From the UHGV virus genome UHGV-0173928: a stretch of DNA of 38,281 bases; one strand, written 5' to 3'. This stretch comes from a virus. How positions within the stretch are numbered: position 1 is the stretch's first letter; each line of letters begins with the position of its first letter. The position numbers and the translations under genes are program-made. Positions 38,170 through 38,281 of the stretch are shown here, one piece after another. The notes beneath the pieces were generated by a model. It ran no database searches. It saw only the letters and a program-made list of their open reading frames with translations, and was not told where the DNA came from.

Positions 38170-38281
38170 TTTGGAGAGGAAAGGGTGCATTGAGGATACC
38201 TGACACACGAAGAGTGGCGGGGATCTCTCCCATAAGCGCTAACTTAAGGGTTGAACCATCTGAAGAATGCGACGCCTCGGT

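Larger units (their letters stand above)
1..38281. mobile_element. P1-like temperate phage / phage-plasmid genome segment (immunity, packaging, addiction, plasmid maintenance and late structural modules)
   Basis: Co-occurrence of canonical loxP and Cre, C1/Coi, PacA/PacB with HEX pac site, Phd/Doc, HumD, Hot, Ppp, iteron RepA, ParA/ParB/parS and late genes in P1-like order. Confidence 0.9.

Noticed and set aside
1-38281. Insertion sequences, transposases or integrase other than Cre
   Set aside because: No transposase-like ORF or terminal inverted repeats pair was recognised; the AT-rich island boundaries show no obvious direct repeats.

Overview
This window is a contiguous segment of a P1-like temperate phage / phage-plasmid, in reverse orientation to the usual P1 map. 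Anchors read directly from the sequence: a canonical 34-bp loxP site (6050-6083) next to Cre; Coi and the C1 repressor with several C1-operator-like 17-mers; PacA/PacB with a 3+4 TGATCA hexamer pac site inside pacA; Lpa; the Phd-Doc addiction module; HumD with a LexA box; Hot; the Ppp phosphatase; a C5-cytosine methyltransferase; an RdgC homolog; an iteron-flanked RepA replicon; ParA/ParB/parS; and the start of a late structural operon (capsid, sheath, tube-like). Against this backbone the main candidate for a new system is a visibly AT-rich single-gene island (1236-2540, minus strand) encoding a 434-aa SIR2-family protein with an unassigned C-terminal domain, sitting where P1 carries its res-mod type III restriction genes as far as I recall. 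Secondary candidates are a two-gene cassette divergent from humD that shares its LexA box (13459-14406), a T5orf172/GIY-YIG-like gene between the incA iterons and parA (29389-30198), and a 45-codon hydrophobic ORF with a structured leader (15106-15243). The methyltransferase ends in a truncated Dam-like module. All product calls rest on motif recognition and remembered P1 synteny; no database search was run, and P1 gene names assigned by position alone are tentative.
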